Shown here piece by piece: positions 38,310 to 49,597 of a stretch of DNA of 64,000 nucleotides (the stretch's first letter is position 1; every line of letters starts with the position of its first letter). Origin of the DNA: Candidatus Kaiserbacteria bacterium RIFCSPHIGHO2_02_FULL_49_34 (GTDB taxonomy: Bacteria > Patescibacteriota > Minisyncoccia > Phycocordibacterales > UBA918); the NCBI GenBank assembly GCA_001781205.1, contig MFLE01000025.1, forward strand, positions 22,914 through 86,913, given 5' to 3'. The translations under genes and the position numbers were made by a program. Under the pieces are notes generated by a model. That model was not told the DNA's origin. It saw only the letters and a list, made by a program, of their open reading frames with translations, and made no database searches.

Positions 38310-39031
38310 AAAAAATAATTAAAAAAATACTTCGCTTGGTGCAGTTTCCATTTATACTGCCTGACTATCTTCGGTTTCGTAGGAGCATGCGGAACGATCG
38401 TTTTGAGATGCGTCTTCCTGATGTATATCCGTGCGTAAAGGACAAGACGATTCAGACCGGATTTGACCGGCATTATGTGTATCACACATCATGGGCGGCA
38501 CGGGTTCTTGCGGAGATGAAGCCTGAGAGACATGTCGATATTTCATCGTCGCTGTTCTTTGCGGGTATTGTATCTGCGTTTGTTCCTGTGGACTTTTATG
38601 ATTACCGTCCTGCTGATATTGCGCTTTCAGGACTTACGAGCAAGGCTGGCGATCTTATGAGCCTTCCTTTTGACGATGCGAGCGTTGTATCACTTTCATG
38701 TATGCATGTTGTCGAACACATCGGACTCGGCCGCTATGGCGACCCTATTGACCCTGATGGCGACATTAAGGCAGCGGAGGAACTCTCACGTATTCTCGCA
38801 AAAGATGGTTCGCTCCTCTTCGTTGTTCCGCTCGGCAAAGAGGCACTCATCGAATACAACGCACATCGTATTTATTCCTACGAACGAGTTCTTGAACTCT
38901 TCCCTACCCTCACCCTTAAAGAATTCACCCTCATACCCGAACATAGCGGTGACATGATTCGCGATGCAGACCCAAGCCTCGCACAGCATGAACACTATGC
39001 ATGTGGCTGCTTCCATTTTGTAAAGAAATAA
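38306..39031 (+). CDS. SAM-dependent methyltransferase-like protein (DUF268-like), candidate sugar O-methyltransferase
   Basis: SLSCMHVVEHIGLGRYGDPIDPDGD resembles the conserved core recalled for DUF268 methyltransferase-fold proteins found in LPS loci. ATGA overlap at start. Confidence 0.5.
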   Translation: MKKIIKKILRLVQFPFILPDYLRFRRSMRNDRFEMRLPDVYPCVKDKTIQTGFDRHYVYHTSWAARVLAEMKPERHVDISSSLFFAGIVSAFVPVDFYDYRPADIALSGLTSKAGDLMSLPFDDASVVSLSCMHVVEHIGLGRYGDPIDPDGDIKAAEELSRILAKDGSLLFVVPLGKEALIEYNAHRIYSYERVLELFPTLTLKEFTLIPEHSGDMIRDADPSLAQHEHYACGCFHFVKK

Positions 39032-39032
39032 T

Positions 39033-39791
39033 ATGAACGCTAACACCCCTCTCGTTTCAATCATGATGACTTCGTACAATCGTGCGGGGTATATTGGTGA
39101 GGCTATTGAGAGTGTTTTAATGCAGACATATCAGAATTGGGAGCTGCTTGTGCTGGATGATGCTTCGACGGATGATACGGTTTCTATTGCGCAGGGTTTC
39201 GCGGAACAGGATGCGCGTGTTCGTGTCCTCCCTGCACCACAGAATCTTGGGATTACTGGTAATCGCAATCGTGGGTTTGCGCTGGCGCGAGGTGAGTATA
39301 TTGCGGTGCTTGATAGTGATGATATGTGGAGTAGTTCTGAGAAACTTGCGAAGCAGGTTGCGTTTTTAGAGTCGAATCCTGAACATATACTTGTTGGTAC
39401 GCAGGTGGATGTTATTGATGGTTTCTCAAATACTATCGGATCTTTCGCATACGAGACTGAGGATGCCGCGATTCGTGCAAAGCTCTTGCTCAGAAATCAA
39501 TTCACCCATTCCGCGATTCTTATGCGAAAAACTGCAGAAATCTACAATCCAGCGGTTCCTATTTGGGAAGATTACGACCTTATTCTCCGCCTCGGAACAC
39601 TCGGCAAGCTTGCAAACTTGCCTGAGCAGATGACACAGTATCGCAAGCATGCGAGTAATATCAGCAAAGAAAAACGCGCGCAGCACGCTCGCGTTCACCT
39701 AGATATTATTTGGGCACACAAAGACGCCTATCCACACTATTCCCTTGCCTGGATGAAGGCACAGCTTCGCATTTTGCGCGCGTATGTATAA
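39033..39791 (+). CDS. glycosyltransferase family 2
   Basis: VSIMMTSYNRAGYIGEAIESVLMQTYQNWELLVLDDASTDDT is a classic GT2 N-terminus. Confidence 0.85.
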   Translation: MNANTPLVSIMMTSYNRAGYIGEAIESVLMQTYQNWELLVLDDASTDDTVSIAQGFAEQDARVRVLPAPQNLGITGNRNRGFALARGEYIAVLDSDDMWSSSEKLAKQVAFLESNPEHILVGTQVDVIDGFSNTIGSFAYETEDAAIRAKLLLRNQFTHSAILMRKTAEIYNPAVPIWEDYDLILRLGTLGKLANLPEQMTQYRKHASNISKEKRAQHARVHLDIIWAHKDAYPHYSLAWMKAQLRILRAYV

Positions 39792-39825
39792 TAAAGACAG
39801 ATACTCAGAGCTTGAATAGAATCGA

Positions 39826-39864
39826 GAACACCCAGAGCACATACTGTGCTCTGGGTGTTTTCGA
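39826..39864. terminator. bidirectional terminator (14-bp perfect stem) between convergent genes
   Basis: acacccagagcaca-tac-tgtgctctgggtgt plus tttcg. A related hairpin recurs at ~42005-42040. Confidence 0.65.
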
Positions 39865-39875
39865 TAATTCGCACG

Positions 39876-40058
39876 CTAGTTTGAAAGCATGCCGGCCTCG
39901 CGCATGATGGCGCGCTGATCTTCGATGGCGAGACGAGCGGCTTTTGTAATGACTTTCTTCTGTTCGCGCGCTGAAGCATTGCGCATAAACTCTGAAAATG
40001 CACCGTTATGCACGGACTCTTTTCTTGCTCTAAAAAGTTTCTTGAGTTTTGTATACAT
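39876..40058 (-). CDS. small hypothetical protein downstream of the zeta-family kinase (possible cognate partner)
   Basis: 60-aa ORF 6 nt downstream of the zeta-toxin-family gene on the same strand. Basic N-terminus, predicted helical (…KVITKAARLAIEDQRAIMREAG…). Confidence 0.3.
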   Translation of the reverse strand: MYTKLKKLFRARKESVHNGAFSEFMRNASAREQKKVITKAARLAIEDQRAIMREAGMLSN

Positions 40059-40064
40059 ACGAGT

Positions 40065-40778
40065 TTATCTGATAGCTCCTTCTAATGACTCTTTACTATA
40101 CTTGACCTTCAAATGACTGTCAATGCTTCTAATATTTTTCTCAAACATAATGATTTCATGGTCGCTATTCTTAACCACAAGATGCACGACGATACGGTCG
40201 CCAAATTCGGTTTTAAGTGCGTTGACGGTATCTTTGGCGGAGAAATACTGTGTAATGAATGTCTCTTTCATGATTCTTCGACCTTCCTGCTTTTCTCGTG
40301 CTTGTGTGAACTTCCATGCCTGGAGCGGATCTTGGTAGACATAATATACATAGACAGATCTGCCCCGTTTGAGTGAACGTTCTACATTTTGCTTTGCGGT
40401 AGCGTAATTAGAAAGTGTACCGTCAAGAAGAAAAGATTGTTTGTTCTTGAGGAGGCTCGCATGAAGCTCGTGTACCAATTTTGTGACAGGTAACTGAAAC
40501 ACATGTGCGTTACCGCCTCCATATCCGGGCATTCCTTTACGAAGTTCATCAGGATCAATACGAACTACGTTTATATCGCTTGTTTTAATCTGCTGAAGCA
40601 GACGCAAAGAGAATTCCGTCTTCCCTGCACCTGGGGAGCCCGCCATAAATACCGACACAGGGTTCGTGTCTGGCTTCACAACATCGAGCGATGCATATCG
40701 CTCGACAAGCTGCGATTTCTGCGTTTTGACGTATTCAATTGCAGCATCACATATTTTTTGTTCGTCAGGTGTGAGCAT
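40065..40778 (-). CDS. zeta-toxin-family P-loop kinase (PF06414-like)
   Basis: Walker A FMAGSPGAGKTEF at residue ~45 and overall ~240-aa size typical of zeta/PezT toxins (UDP-GlcNAc kinases). No upstream antitoxin gene; it follows galE with a 32-bp gap. Confidence 0.7.
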   Translation of the reverse strand: MLTPDEQKICDAAIEYVKTQKSQLVERYASLDVVKPDTNPVSVFMAGSPGAGKTEFSLRLLQQIKTSDINVVRIDPDELRKGMPGYGGGNAHVFQLPVTKLVHELHASLLKNKQSFLLDGTLSNYATAKQNVERSLKRGRSVYVYYVYQDPLQAWKFTQAREKQEGRRIMKETFITQYFSAKDTVNALKTEFGDRIVVHLVVKNSDHEIIMFEKNIRSIDSHLKVKYSKESLEGAIR

Positions 40779-40810
40779 GGGGCATCTAAGTTAAAATATT
40801 TAATGAGGGT

Positions 40811-41767
40811 CTATTTCGAGAAAACAATAAGTGTATCTTGCACCATGTCGTCGAGGGTTTTTGTGGGGTACCAGTTGAGTTCACTATTAGCTTTTGCGGG
40901 GCTAGCAATGACTGATGCAAGGTCGCCAGGGCGGCGTGGGCTTTCTTTGACAGTGAGCTTTTTGCCGGAGATACGCTCGAAGGCGTCTACAAGTTCTCGT
41001 ACTGAATACCCAGTGCCGGTACCAAGGTTGTAGGTGCCACTTTTTTCTGTTTCGAGAGCTTTGAGGTGTCCGTCGACAAGGTCAGTCAGATGGATATAAT
41101 CACGCATCGCTGTTCCGTCTTTTGTTAGGTAATCAGTACCGAAAATATGAAATGGCTCCCCTGTGGTTAAAGCCCCTGCCAGGAGCGGGAAGACATTTTG
41201 TGCATTATGCTCAGCGAAAGAAAGTCCTGCGTCGCCAGCGACATTGAAATAGCGCAGAATACTGTATTTTTGGATCTTCCCTGTTCGTGCAAAGTCTTTG
41301 ATTATCATTTCTGCGATAAGTTTGGTGCTACCGTAAACACTGACAGGTGCTGTTTTTGAGTCTTCGACGTAAAGATCATTAATGTCTTCTTGTGGCTCAT
41401 ATACTGCTGCGGTTGAGGAAAAAATGATTTCGGGAATGCTATGCTTTTCCATTGCTCCGAGTATATTGAGCGTGCCGACGACATTGTTCTGATAATACAA
41501 TGTGGGGTTCTGCATACTTTCACTCAATACTTTCTTTGCGGCGAAGTGAAAGACTGCATCAAATTGATGCGCGCCACACACAGCATCTAGCTCTGCAGGA
41601 TTCATAATATCACCCTGCGCGAATCCGACACTTTCTCCTATTTTTTCAGGCTGCCCTGTTGAGAGGTTGTCGAAAACAACAACAGCATGCCCTTGCTGCA
41701 CAAGCTGATTCACACATGCAGAGCCAATATATCCTGCTCCACCAATAACGAGAATGTTTTTCTTCAT
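40811..41767 (-). CDS. galE: UDP-glucose 4-epimerase
   Basis: MKKNILVIGGAGYIGSACVNQLVQQGHAVVVFDNLSTG..., YGSTK (YxxxK), ~318 aa. Confidence 0.9.
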   Translation of the reverse strand: MKKNILVIGGAGYIGSACVNQLVQQGHAVVVFDNLSTGQPEKIGESVGFAQGDIMNPAELDAVCGAHQFDAVFHFAAKKVLSESMQNPTLYYQNNVVGTLNILGAMEKHSIPEIIFSSTAAVYEPQEDINDLYVEDSKTAPVSVYGSTKLIAEMIIKDFARTGKIQKYSILRYFNVAGDAGLSFAEHNAQNVFPLLAGALTTGEPFHIFGTDYLTKDGTAMRDYIHLTDLVDGHLKALETEKSGTYNLGTGTGYSVRELVDAFERISGKKLTVKESPRRPGDLASVIASPAKANSELNWYPTKTLDDMVQDTLIVFSK

Positions 41768-42046
41768 GATTGTGAGTATAGCACGACACAAAGCATGTTG
41801 AAATCTGTGCGTTTTTACTTTAGCTTCTAGGTTCAGTGGTGTGTGCAAGATTTGCACACACCACCTCATCTTTTAATATATTTCTAATATGTTTTATATA
41901 ACAATTCTTTCCGCACAAAAGAAGGCCTTCCCTACCAAATACTCATCATTTCGGTGTTGCATAAATTTGTAAGCTCGTAATATGTATACTAAAAACGCCC
42001 AAAGCAAAAGTTTGCTCTGGGTGTTTTTAGTAGCAAGTGATGTTAG

Positions 42047-43402
42047 TTATTCCTTTACACAGCTCGCAATTGCGGTATTGACGAAGGGGTCGGGGGTGGG
42101 TTCGTTGAGTTCATATTTAACAGGGATTTCTGGGGTGTAGCCGTTGTGAGAGAGTGAGGTGCCTTTTGGGGTGTACCAGTGGGCGATGGTTACCTTAAGG
42201 GAGCCGATGTCGGCGATGTCGATGAGGCGTTGGACGGAGCCTTTACCGTAGGTTTTCTGTCCGACAATGTTTGCGGCCTTATGTTCGCCGAGGGCTGCGG
42301 CGAGGATTTCTGAGGCGGAAGCACTGCGTTCGTTGACGAGGATGGCGAAACAGGCAGTCTCACGCTTTGCGCCGAAATTCTCTATGCCAAAGCTTTCATA
42401 GCGTTCATTTAAATTATTAGCACCTTGTGCGTAGGTGATGAGTTTTCCTTTTGGAAGATAGTAGCTTGCAAGAATGCCGGCAACACGCATGTCGCCACCG
42501 GGGTTGTCGCGAAGGTCGAGAATGAAAACTTCTTCGTCGCTTGCAACGAATGATTCGACTTCTTTATTAAATGCAGATACGGAACTTTCGGCGAAGGTTG
42601 AGAGGCGAACGATGCGGTAGTTTTCTTTCTTTGCTTCGTATTCGAAGGTCGGCTCTTCTCTTGCGGGAGTGACAGCATCAATAACAGAGTTCTTGAGCTC
42701 ATCTGCTTTTTCAACGACCTTTTTCGCGACCTGACGAACTTGTGTGACCGCTTGTGAGGCAATGGTGGGAATTGCAACGGTGCCGCGAATTATCGGGACC
42801 GTTGCCGGCGAGCCGTCCTGGCGGACAAGGTCAAGTGTGACCACGGTACCTGCTTTACCACGAATATGCGCAACAATATCCTCGAGCGTTGTCGCCTGAA
42901 TACGTGTACCGTCAATTGCCATGATACGGTCACCTGCTACAAGCCCTGCGTCTTCTGCAGGCGAGCCCGGTAGAATACCCGTTACAAACACGGTGTTTTC
43001 ATCAAACATGTTGAGTACTGCGCCAATACCTTGGAAATCGCCACGCACTTGCTCTTTGAGTGCATTTGATTGTTTGGTTGGAAGGAACACCGTGTACGGG
43101 TCGTCGTAGGCATTTACCAGGCCGATGATGGCGGACTGGACGCGTTCGGTTTCTTCTACTGGTGTGGAACTTGCACCACCATAGAAGTTTGTTTCGAGCT
43201 GTGCCCAGGTTTGCCAGAAGGTTGCAAAATCGACGAGTTTTGCAGGGTCCTCGGCACCCGAAAACGCGCCACTACTGGTGGCGTTTTTGATTGAGAATAT
43301 TGGTACGGTTTGTGGCTCGGGTTCTGTGAGAACTCGTGAGAAATAGCCGACAGTGAAGACCATTACGGCAACGGCTACGCCGAGAAGATAGTTGCGATAC
43401 AT
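42047..43402 (-). CDS. ctpA: carboxyl-terminal processing protease (S41 family)
   Basis: N-terminal TM anchor. PDZ region (GILPGSPAEDAGLVAGDRIMAIDG). S41 catalytic region (…VNERSASASEILAAAL…). Confidence 0.9.
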   Translation of the reverse strand: MYRNYLLGVAVAVMVFTVGYFSRVLTEPEPQTVPIFSIKNATSSGAFSGAEDPAKLVDFATFWQTWAQLETNFYGGASSTPVEETERVQSAIIGLVNAYDDPYTVFLPTKQSNALKEQVRGDFQGIGAVLNMFDENTVFVTGILPGSPAEDAGLVAGDRIMAIDGTRIQATTLEDIVAHIRGKAGTVVTLDLVRQDGSPATVPIIRGTVAIPTIASQAVTQVRQVAKKVVEKADELKNSVIDAVTPAREEPTFEYEAKKENYRIVRLSTFAESSVSAFNKEVESFVASDEEVFILDLRDNPGGDMRVAGILASYYLPKGKLITYAQGANNLNERYESFGIENFGAKRETACFAILVNERSASASEILAAALGEHKAANIVGQKTYGKGSVQRLIDIADIGSLKVTIAHWYTPKGTSLSHNGYTPEIPVKYELNEPTPDPFVNTAIASCVKE

Positions 43403-43497
43403 GTTTGGGAGTATACCTTGGAACTGGTACGGATGGAAATTTTAGCCACCCAGACAACATTGTTGTACGCGCATAATCAATCGACAAACCCTACGAA

Positions 43498-43667
43498 CTG
43501 TCATCCTCGGGATTTAGGAAACAAATGAGGAAGCCTTTCCGAATATTGTTTTCAAATACCCGGGGATCCATGGATTACGAGCAGTGCTTTTTATCCATGG
43601 ATCCCCGGGTATTTTAAAAATATACTCCGCTTTGCTACGTTATTTTTATGAATCCCGAGGATGACAG
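43498..43667. repeat. MITE-like palindromic element, type C
   Basis: 17-bp TIRs CTGTCATCCTCGGGATT / AATCCCGAGGATGACAG enclose an inner 19-bp inverted repeat TACCCGGGGATCCATGGAT…ATCCATGGATCCCCGGGTA. Confidence 0.7.
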
Positions 43668-43677
43668 TTCTGGCTGG

Positions 43678-44820
43678 TTACAGATATAACGCAAATGTTT
43701 TCTGGAGCATTTTTTCTTTGGTAAATATTCCGCTACGCATACGTGCATTGTGGGCATAGTGGGTACGAAGCTTTTCGTTGGTATGAAGGAGCAGACACGC
43801 ATCAGCAAGTGCGGAGGCATCACCGGATGAGACGAGAAGTCCCTCTTCGCGATGACGGATGATTTCAGGAACACCACCGACTGATGATGCAATAACCGGC
43901 ACACCTGCCGCACATGCTTCAAGAAGCACGTACGGGAATGCCTCTGTCCTTGATGGCAATACTACGAAAGAGAATGCTGTCAAATATTTTGACGCGTTCG
44001 GCACATTGCCAAGCAGAAAGACATTTTTTTCTAGTCCATACTTGTGTATGAGGTGCTCGAGATTTTTTCGCGCCTCTCCTTCGCCCATAATAATATGTCG
44101 CACATGAGGCTGTGCTTCTACGATGTCACGCATGGCGCGAATCATAACGTCATGCTGTTTCGTAGGATGGAGTTCTCCGATACTTACCGACCATAGGTCA
44201 TGCAGGTACGGCGAGAGCTCATGATATTGTATTGCGAGCTGTGTGCGCGCATCGTTCTTCGAAAGGTGTCCCGCCTCTTCGAGACCGTTATATACGAGCG
44301 TCATTTTGCGGGCGGTAAACGGCCAGTTAAGCTGGCGCTTAGTTACATCAGCAACAGCAATGGTTGTATGGGCAAGCATCACGGTGAGCCAATGGAAAAA
44401 CTTGAGAATACCTTTCTGCCAAAATGGACGTTTCTCATTAAATGCCCAGCCGTGTGCGGTAAATATAATGCGTGGCACGTTGCACAGCCTGCCCGCGAGT
44501 GCGCCCATAATGCCTGCTTTTGAAGAATTGATATGCAGCACATCGGGCTTTTCCTTTTTTAGGATTCTAAGAATCTCTTGAAATGCGCGAATTTCCTGGA
44601 GAAATCCGACATCGCGTGTAAGTGAACGAAGTGTCCGCACGGTAACTCCTGCATCACTGAGTCGCTCCACAAGTTCTCCTTCCCCACCAAGTGCAACCGC
44701 CACCGAAAAGCCTGCGTGCTGTGCGCCTGTTGCAAGATCATATACATAACGCTGTGCACCGCCCCAGTTTGACTTGGTAATAAGGTAGAGAATTTTTGTT
44801 GACGTCGTACCGTGTATCAT
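43678..44820 (-). CDS. glycosyltransferase family 4 (GT-B)
   Basis: ILYLITKSNWGGAQRYVYDLA…SRTEAFPYVLLEACAAGVPVIASSVGGVPEII is the GT4 EX7E region. The track's first M is a TTG; first ATG at 44820. Confidence 0.8.
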   Translation of the reverse strand: MIHGTTSTKILYLITKSNWGGAQRYVYDLATGAQHAGFSVAVALGGEGELVERLSDAGVTVRTLRSLTRDVGFLQEIRAFQEILRILKKEKPDVLHINSSKAGIMGALAGRLCNVPRIIFTAHGWAFNEKRPFWQKGILKFFHWLTVMLAHTTIAVADVTKRQLNWPFTARKMTLVYNGLEEAGHLSKNDARTQLAIQYHELSPYLHDLWSVSIGELHPTKQHDVMIRAMRDIVEAQPHVRHIIMGEGEARKNLEHLIHKYGLEKNVFLLGNVPNASKYLTAFSFVVLPSRTEAFPYVLLEACAAGVPVIASSVGGVPEIIRHREEGLLVSSGDASALADACLLLHTNEKLRTHYAHNARMRSGIFTKEKMLQKTFALYL

Positions 44821-44856
44821 ACCTAAGATAGTACCGTGCAATAGGGAAACTGTCTA

Positions 44857-46293
44857 ATGTCACACCCCACTCTTGCAATATTATGCCATTTTGCTACTAT
44901 TCTTAGTATTATGCGCGAACGAACACGAGAACTTGGACTTCTTATTATCGGTGATGTGTTCTGCTTTATTGCAGCACTCTACCTCACCCTCTCAGTACGA
45001 TACATTGAGCTCCCGAGCCAAGAGCTTTTGCGAGTCCATCTCGTGCCCTTTCTTATTTTCACCGGCTTGTGGATTCTTACCTTCTTTATTGCAGGACTCT
45101 ACGACAAACAAACTCGTATTGCACGCATGCGCATGATGGGACGCATTGTGTATGCACAATTCGTTAACATCCTCATTGCGCTCACGCTTTTCTTTGCGCT
45201 TCCCTTTGGTATTAGCCCAAAGACAAACCTCCTCATCTATCTCTTCGCTTCAATTGGTCTCATCTCCCTCTGGCGCGTCTACCTCTATCCTTGGCTTGAT
45301 GGTACACGACGCAAACGCATGCATGCCCTCCTTATCGCAAGTGGCACCGAGGCGCACGAACTCCTCCACGAAATAAATGCGAACAATCGCTTCGGCTATA
45401 AAATCGTTCACCACATCGACCCTGAAAATAGCATGCGCGATGTTCCTGGTGCGCCAGCACTCCAAAAAATGATTTCTCAGAAGAACATCGATCTCATTAT
45501 TGTCAACACATCGCTGCTTTACGCACAGCATACGCTCACCCGCCTCTACAGTGACCTCGCCGCACAAGGTCTTCCGCCTATGCGCGACTTCAAGGCAATC
45601 TACGAAGAAACGTTCGACCGTGTGCCGCTTGCAACTGTTGAGCGCGACTGGATTACCTACCACAGTGTCGACCGCGATTCATTCTCGTACATCATCGGCA
45701 AGCGCCTCATTGATATCATCGGTTCGAGCGTCTTACTTCTCGGTTTCGTTATCTTCCTTCCCTTCATTGCACTTGCTATCAAGCTCGATTCAAACGGTCC
45801 TGTCTTCATTACCCAAGAACGAATCGGCAAGAATGGCCGTCGTCTGAAGATTTGGAAGCTTCGCACCATGACCGCAAATGACAGTGCATCCGGAACCTTT
45901 GTTGATGACAAAGACATACAGGAAAAGCCAAAGAACGTCGTCACGCGCGTTGGCCGATACCTCCGCGCAACATCGCTTGACGAGGTCCCACAATGTTGGA
46001 ATATTATTCTCGGTGAGCTTTCTCTCATTGGCCCACGTAGCCACATCCTCGGCATCGCCGAACGTATGGCAAAGGAAATCCCCCATTACAAACTCCGCAC
46101 CGCCATCACCCCAGGCATCACGGGATGGGCACAAACCCACCAATTCTACGCCCCCGGGAACATCAGCCCCCAGTCGAACGAAGAAACAAGGCTCTGCTTC
46201 GCGTACGACCTCTACTACATCACCCACCGTTCGCTGTGGCTTGATATTGAGATAGCTCTGAGAACGATAAAGACCGTTATTGCGAGAATATAA
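44857..46293 (+). CDS. polyprenyl-phosphate glycosylphosphotransferase (WbaP/bacterial sugar transferase family)
   Basis: Multi-TM N-terminus plus C-terminal RLIDIIGSSVLLLGFVIFLPFIALAIKLDSNGPVFITQERIGKNGRRLKIWKLRTM...DEVPQ..NI..GELSLIGPR (PF02397 signature). Confidence 0.88.
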   Translation: MSHPTLAILCHFATILSIMRERTRELGLLIIGDVFCFIAALYLTLSVRYIELPSQELLRVHLVPFLIFTGLWILTFFIAGLYDKQTRIARMRMMGRIVYAQFVNILIALTLFFALPFGISPKTNLLIYLFASIGLISLWRVYLYPWLDGTRRKRMHALLIASGTEAHELLHEINANNRFGYKIVHHIDPENSMRDVPGAPALQKMISQKNIDLIIVNTSLLYAQHTLTRLYSDLAAQGLPPMRDFKAIYEETFDRVPLATVERDWITYHSVDRDSFSYIIGKRLIDIIGSSVLLLGFVIFLPFIALAIKLDSNGPVFITQERIGKNGRRLKIWKLRTMTANDSASGTFVDDKDIQEKPKNVVTRVGRYLRATSLDEVPQCWNIILGELSLIGPRSHILGIAERMAKEIPHYKLRTAITPGITGWAQTHQFYAPGNISPQSNEETRLCFAYDLYYITHRSLWLDIEIALRTIKTVIARI

Positions 46294-46391
46294 TATCTAA
46301 TGAACTACCCCGCGGCGCATGCCCGGGGTAGTTCATTAGATATAACATCTCCAGCATTCACTACTTATCCCTACAAGGCTATCCTCTTTAC

Positions 46392-46530
46392 TTTTGTCAT
46401 CCTGGAAGGATCCAGAGCGTATTACCCATCACTTGATTTCTCATAAACTTTACTTCCAAGCACTACGTTGCCCAATATCCAAATCTCAAGTACCTAGTTT
46501 CGACTCTGGATCCTTCCAGGATGACAAAAG
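46392..46530. repeat. MITE-like palindromic element, type B
   Basis: TIRs TTTTGTCATCCTGGAAGGATCCAGAG / CTCTGGATCCTTCCAGGATGACAAAAG, 26 bp each, ~87 bp apart. Variant of the type A TIR. Preceded by a separate 20-bp-stem perfect hairpin at 46295-46346 just after the wbaP-like stop. Confidence 0.7.
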
Positions 46531-46564
46531 TGGGGTGTATGGCTTTAAAATATTTCCTGGTTAA

Positions 46565-48622
<2,058 letters not shown>

Positions 48623-48628
48623 TCCCTC

Positions 48629-48756
48629 ACTCCTGGATCCCGTCAGGATGACAAATGTTGGGTGCAGTGTTTAAATGAATTAGAAGTTAAAATCGATTTT
48701 AACCATCTACTAATTTTGAGCATCGCCCCTCATTTTGTCATCCTGACGGGATCCAT
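48629..48756. repeat. MITE-like palindromic element, type A (copy 2)
   Basis: ACTCCTGGATCCCGTCAGGATGACAAATG… / …CCCCTCATTTTGTCATCCTGACGGGATCCATG with central GTTAAAATCGATTTTAACC palindrome. Lies between ligA and the methyltransferase gene. Confidence 0.75.
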
Positions 48757-48814
48757 GTGTTAGAGCGTATACCTCGAACTTTGCATTTGTGCATCTATCT
48801 GTTATACATACATT

Positions 48815-49558
48815 ATGAAAAAAGATACTTCATGGGAAGTTGCCGCAAGCTGGTACGACGAACACCTAAAAAATGACGACACATACCATGCGAAGGTAGT
48901 GCTGCCGAATTTACTGCGTGTGCTTGATTTGAAGCCGACCGATCACGTGCTTGACCTCGCGTGTGGCCAGGGATATTTTACTCACCATTTTCTTGGAATT
49001 ACCAAGCATGTCACCGCCGTCGACCTTTCACCTTCACTTGCGGAGATTGCTGCAAAGGTGAATCCTGAGGCTGACGTCCATGTTGCGCCAGCGCAGTCAC
49101 TCGATTTTGCAAAGAGCGCTTCGTTTGATGTGGCTATCTGTGTACTCGCACTCCAAAACATGGAGCAGCTTGAAAAGGTATTTGCAGAAGTTGCGCGCGT
49201 TTTGAAACCTGACGGACGTTTTGTCTTTGTACTCAACCACCCCACCTTCCGTATTCCAAAAGTTTCGTCATGGGGATTCGAAGGTGCACACAAACAGTAT
49301 CGCCGTATTGATAAATATCTTTCTGCATTCAAAGCAAAGATTGATATGCGACCGGGAACAGACGATTCACATACGTGGTCATTCCATTATTCCCTACAAG
49401 ACATCATGAAGTCGCTCCGTAAGAGTAACTTTGCGATTACACGACTTGAGGAATGGATTTCGCACCGTGAGAGCGGCAAAGGTCCACGAGCTGAGGCTGA
49501 GAACGTTGCGCGAAAGGAGATACCACTCTTTATGATGATGGAGGTGATGAAGGTCTAG
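48815..49558 (+). CDS. class I SAM-dependent methyltransferase
   Basis: VLDLACGQGYFT (motif I) and ...VLKPDGRFVF (motif post II). Confidence 0.8.
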   Translation: MKKDTSWEVAASWYDEHLKNDDTYHAKVVLPNLLRVLDLKPTDHVLDLACGQGYFTHHFLGITKHVTAVDLSPSLAEIAAKVNPEADVHVAPAQSLDFAKSASFDVAICVLALQNMEQLEKVFAEVARVLKPDGRFVFVLNHPTFRIPKVSSWGFEGAHKQYRRIDKYLSAFKAKIDMRPGTDDSHTWSFHYSLQDIMKSLRKSNFAITRLEEWISHRESGKGPRAEAENVARKEIPLFMMMEVMKV

Positions 49559-49565
49559 TCCTTCA

Positions 49566-49597
49566 TTAAAAAAATGTGCCTGATGGCACATTTTTTT
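49566..49597. terminator. bidirectional terminator between convergent methyltransferase and htpX genes
   Basis: aaaaaaatgtgcc-tgat-ggcacattttttt perfect hairpin with A/T tracts on both sides. Confidence 0.7.
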
